NCBI RefSeq assembly: GCF_018977255.1
Contig: NW_024704774.1
Span: 992,001-1,056,000, forward strand
Length of the DNA stretch: 64,000 nucleotides
Source: Callorhinchus milii
Taxonomy: Eukaryota
Direction of reading: 5' to 3'
The notes under the pieces were generated by a model. It had not been told where the DNA came from and did no database searches. It was given only the letters and a program-made list of their open reading frames with translations. Of this stretch, positions 63,154 through 64,000 are shown piece after piece; position 1 is the first letter of the stretch; each line of letters begins with the position of its first letter. The position numbers and the translations under genes are program-made.

Positions 63154-63192
63154 CACAGTGATAGACTGCACTGCAAGTCTCGTACAAAAACT
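63154..63192 (+). other. 23-bp-spacer recombination signal sequence (RAG RSS)
   Basis: Heptamer CACAGTG 63154-63160, exactly 23 nt spacer 63161-63183, nonamer ACAAAAACT 63184-63192 (8/9 consensus). Confidence 0.97.
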
Positions 63193-63489
63193 CCGTATGT
63201 ATGTTGGGATGAACCGTCTATTGAAGTGTGTGCGAATCCTTGATGCCCTGCGGGGAGCAAACATGTCTGCAGCCAGAGACAGAGGAAACCGCAACCATCT
63301 CACATCAGCTTGTCAGCAAAACGTTCAAATCATTATCTGTCACAATAAATCCAGACAGCAATCATGTCCGACTTAGGCATTCCAGATCCAATTGCGGTTG
63401 AATAATTTTAGTTTGCAATATTATAAAACAAACCCTTGTCATAGAAATACATCCACGTGTTCGTCGCATCTTCAAAACTATTTTTTTTA

Positions 63490-63685
63490 AAAATGGTCAC
63501 TCAAACCACGATTGGTTTTGAGATATTGCTGCGTTTAATTGGCTCTCGCGTTTCGCCCACAACATAGAGAGCCAATTCACTTTATAGCTGATTCTGTGAT
63601 TTGCGATGAGTCGTGTCGAATACCTGATGTGGCGCTGTATCAATTGCAAGGATTATTATTGTTGATATTATTATTATTATTATTT
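63490..63685 (+). mobile_element. Degenerate SINE 3' half
   Basis: TGGTCACTCAAACCACGA..AATTGGCT..GCGTTTCGCCCAC..CAATTCACTTTA..GGCGCTGTATCAATTGCAAGGATTATTATT. Confidence 0.75.
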
Positions 63686-64000
63686 GGTGTATGGGAAGCA
63701 GAGCTTCAATATCTGTGCCGTCACAGTTATTGACGGAGGGGTGTTTTGCTGTATTCGAAGCGTTAGATGATAATAGCCACTGGAAAATGCAACACAATAT
63801 TATAACAAGCATTGCTTTACTTCAAGTTCTGCATAAACCTTGAAGCAACGCCAAACTGTGGCACATTGACCAATAGTGTGCGAAATCTAATATTATTTAC
63901 AAAATCATCAAAGATGATCAATTTTTTTGCCAAATAAATTAATGAATTTTTAAATTGAATCCGTAATTTACATTAAGAGGCAAAGTCATTTATAGTTTAA

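Noticed and set aside
1-64000. CRISPR arrays, rRNA, let-7 or other recognisable miRNA genes
   Set aside because: Eukaryotic locus with no regularly spaced repeat-spacer array; no mature let-7 or other recalled miRNA sequence seen.

Overview
Vertebrate nuclear DNA, most likely a cartilaginous fish (chimaera/shark). That is inferred from the repeat content (Deu-core tRNA-SINEs with L2 tails, L2 and CR1 LINE ends) and from the style of the T-cell receptor V segment; the species cannot be fixed from sequence alone. Two real genes are visible. (1) The 5' end of LIN28B on the minus strand: coding exon 1 at 27842-27833 (MAE/G) and exon 2 at 26877-26693 (first part of the cold-shock domain), inside a ~12 kb CpG-rich domain. 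Exons 3-4 were not found, so intron 2 runs off the left edge (>26.6 kb). (2) An intact-looking, unrearranged TCR alpha/delta-type V segment on the plus strand: CRE/CCAAT promoter, 46-nt leader exon 62248-62293, V exon 62841-63153 and a canonical 23-bp-spacer RSS at 63154-63192. Between them lie a second, unexplained CpG island with exon-like features and a G4-type VNTR (49.5-50.8 kb), a 148-N assembly gap (53786-53933) and many SINE/LINE copies. The strongest leads are: the LIN28B / TCR-V juxtaposition, a TATA-driven LIN28A-like 'MGS..NQ' candidate first exon in LIN28B intron 1, an apparently conserved uORF in the LIN28B leader, and unusual features of the V segment (Cys before the conserved Trp; a phase-1 donor just after the RSS). 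Comparisons to human or other proteins and to repeat consensus sequences are from memory and need alignment to confirm. Most ORFs in the supplied track are spurious.
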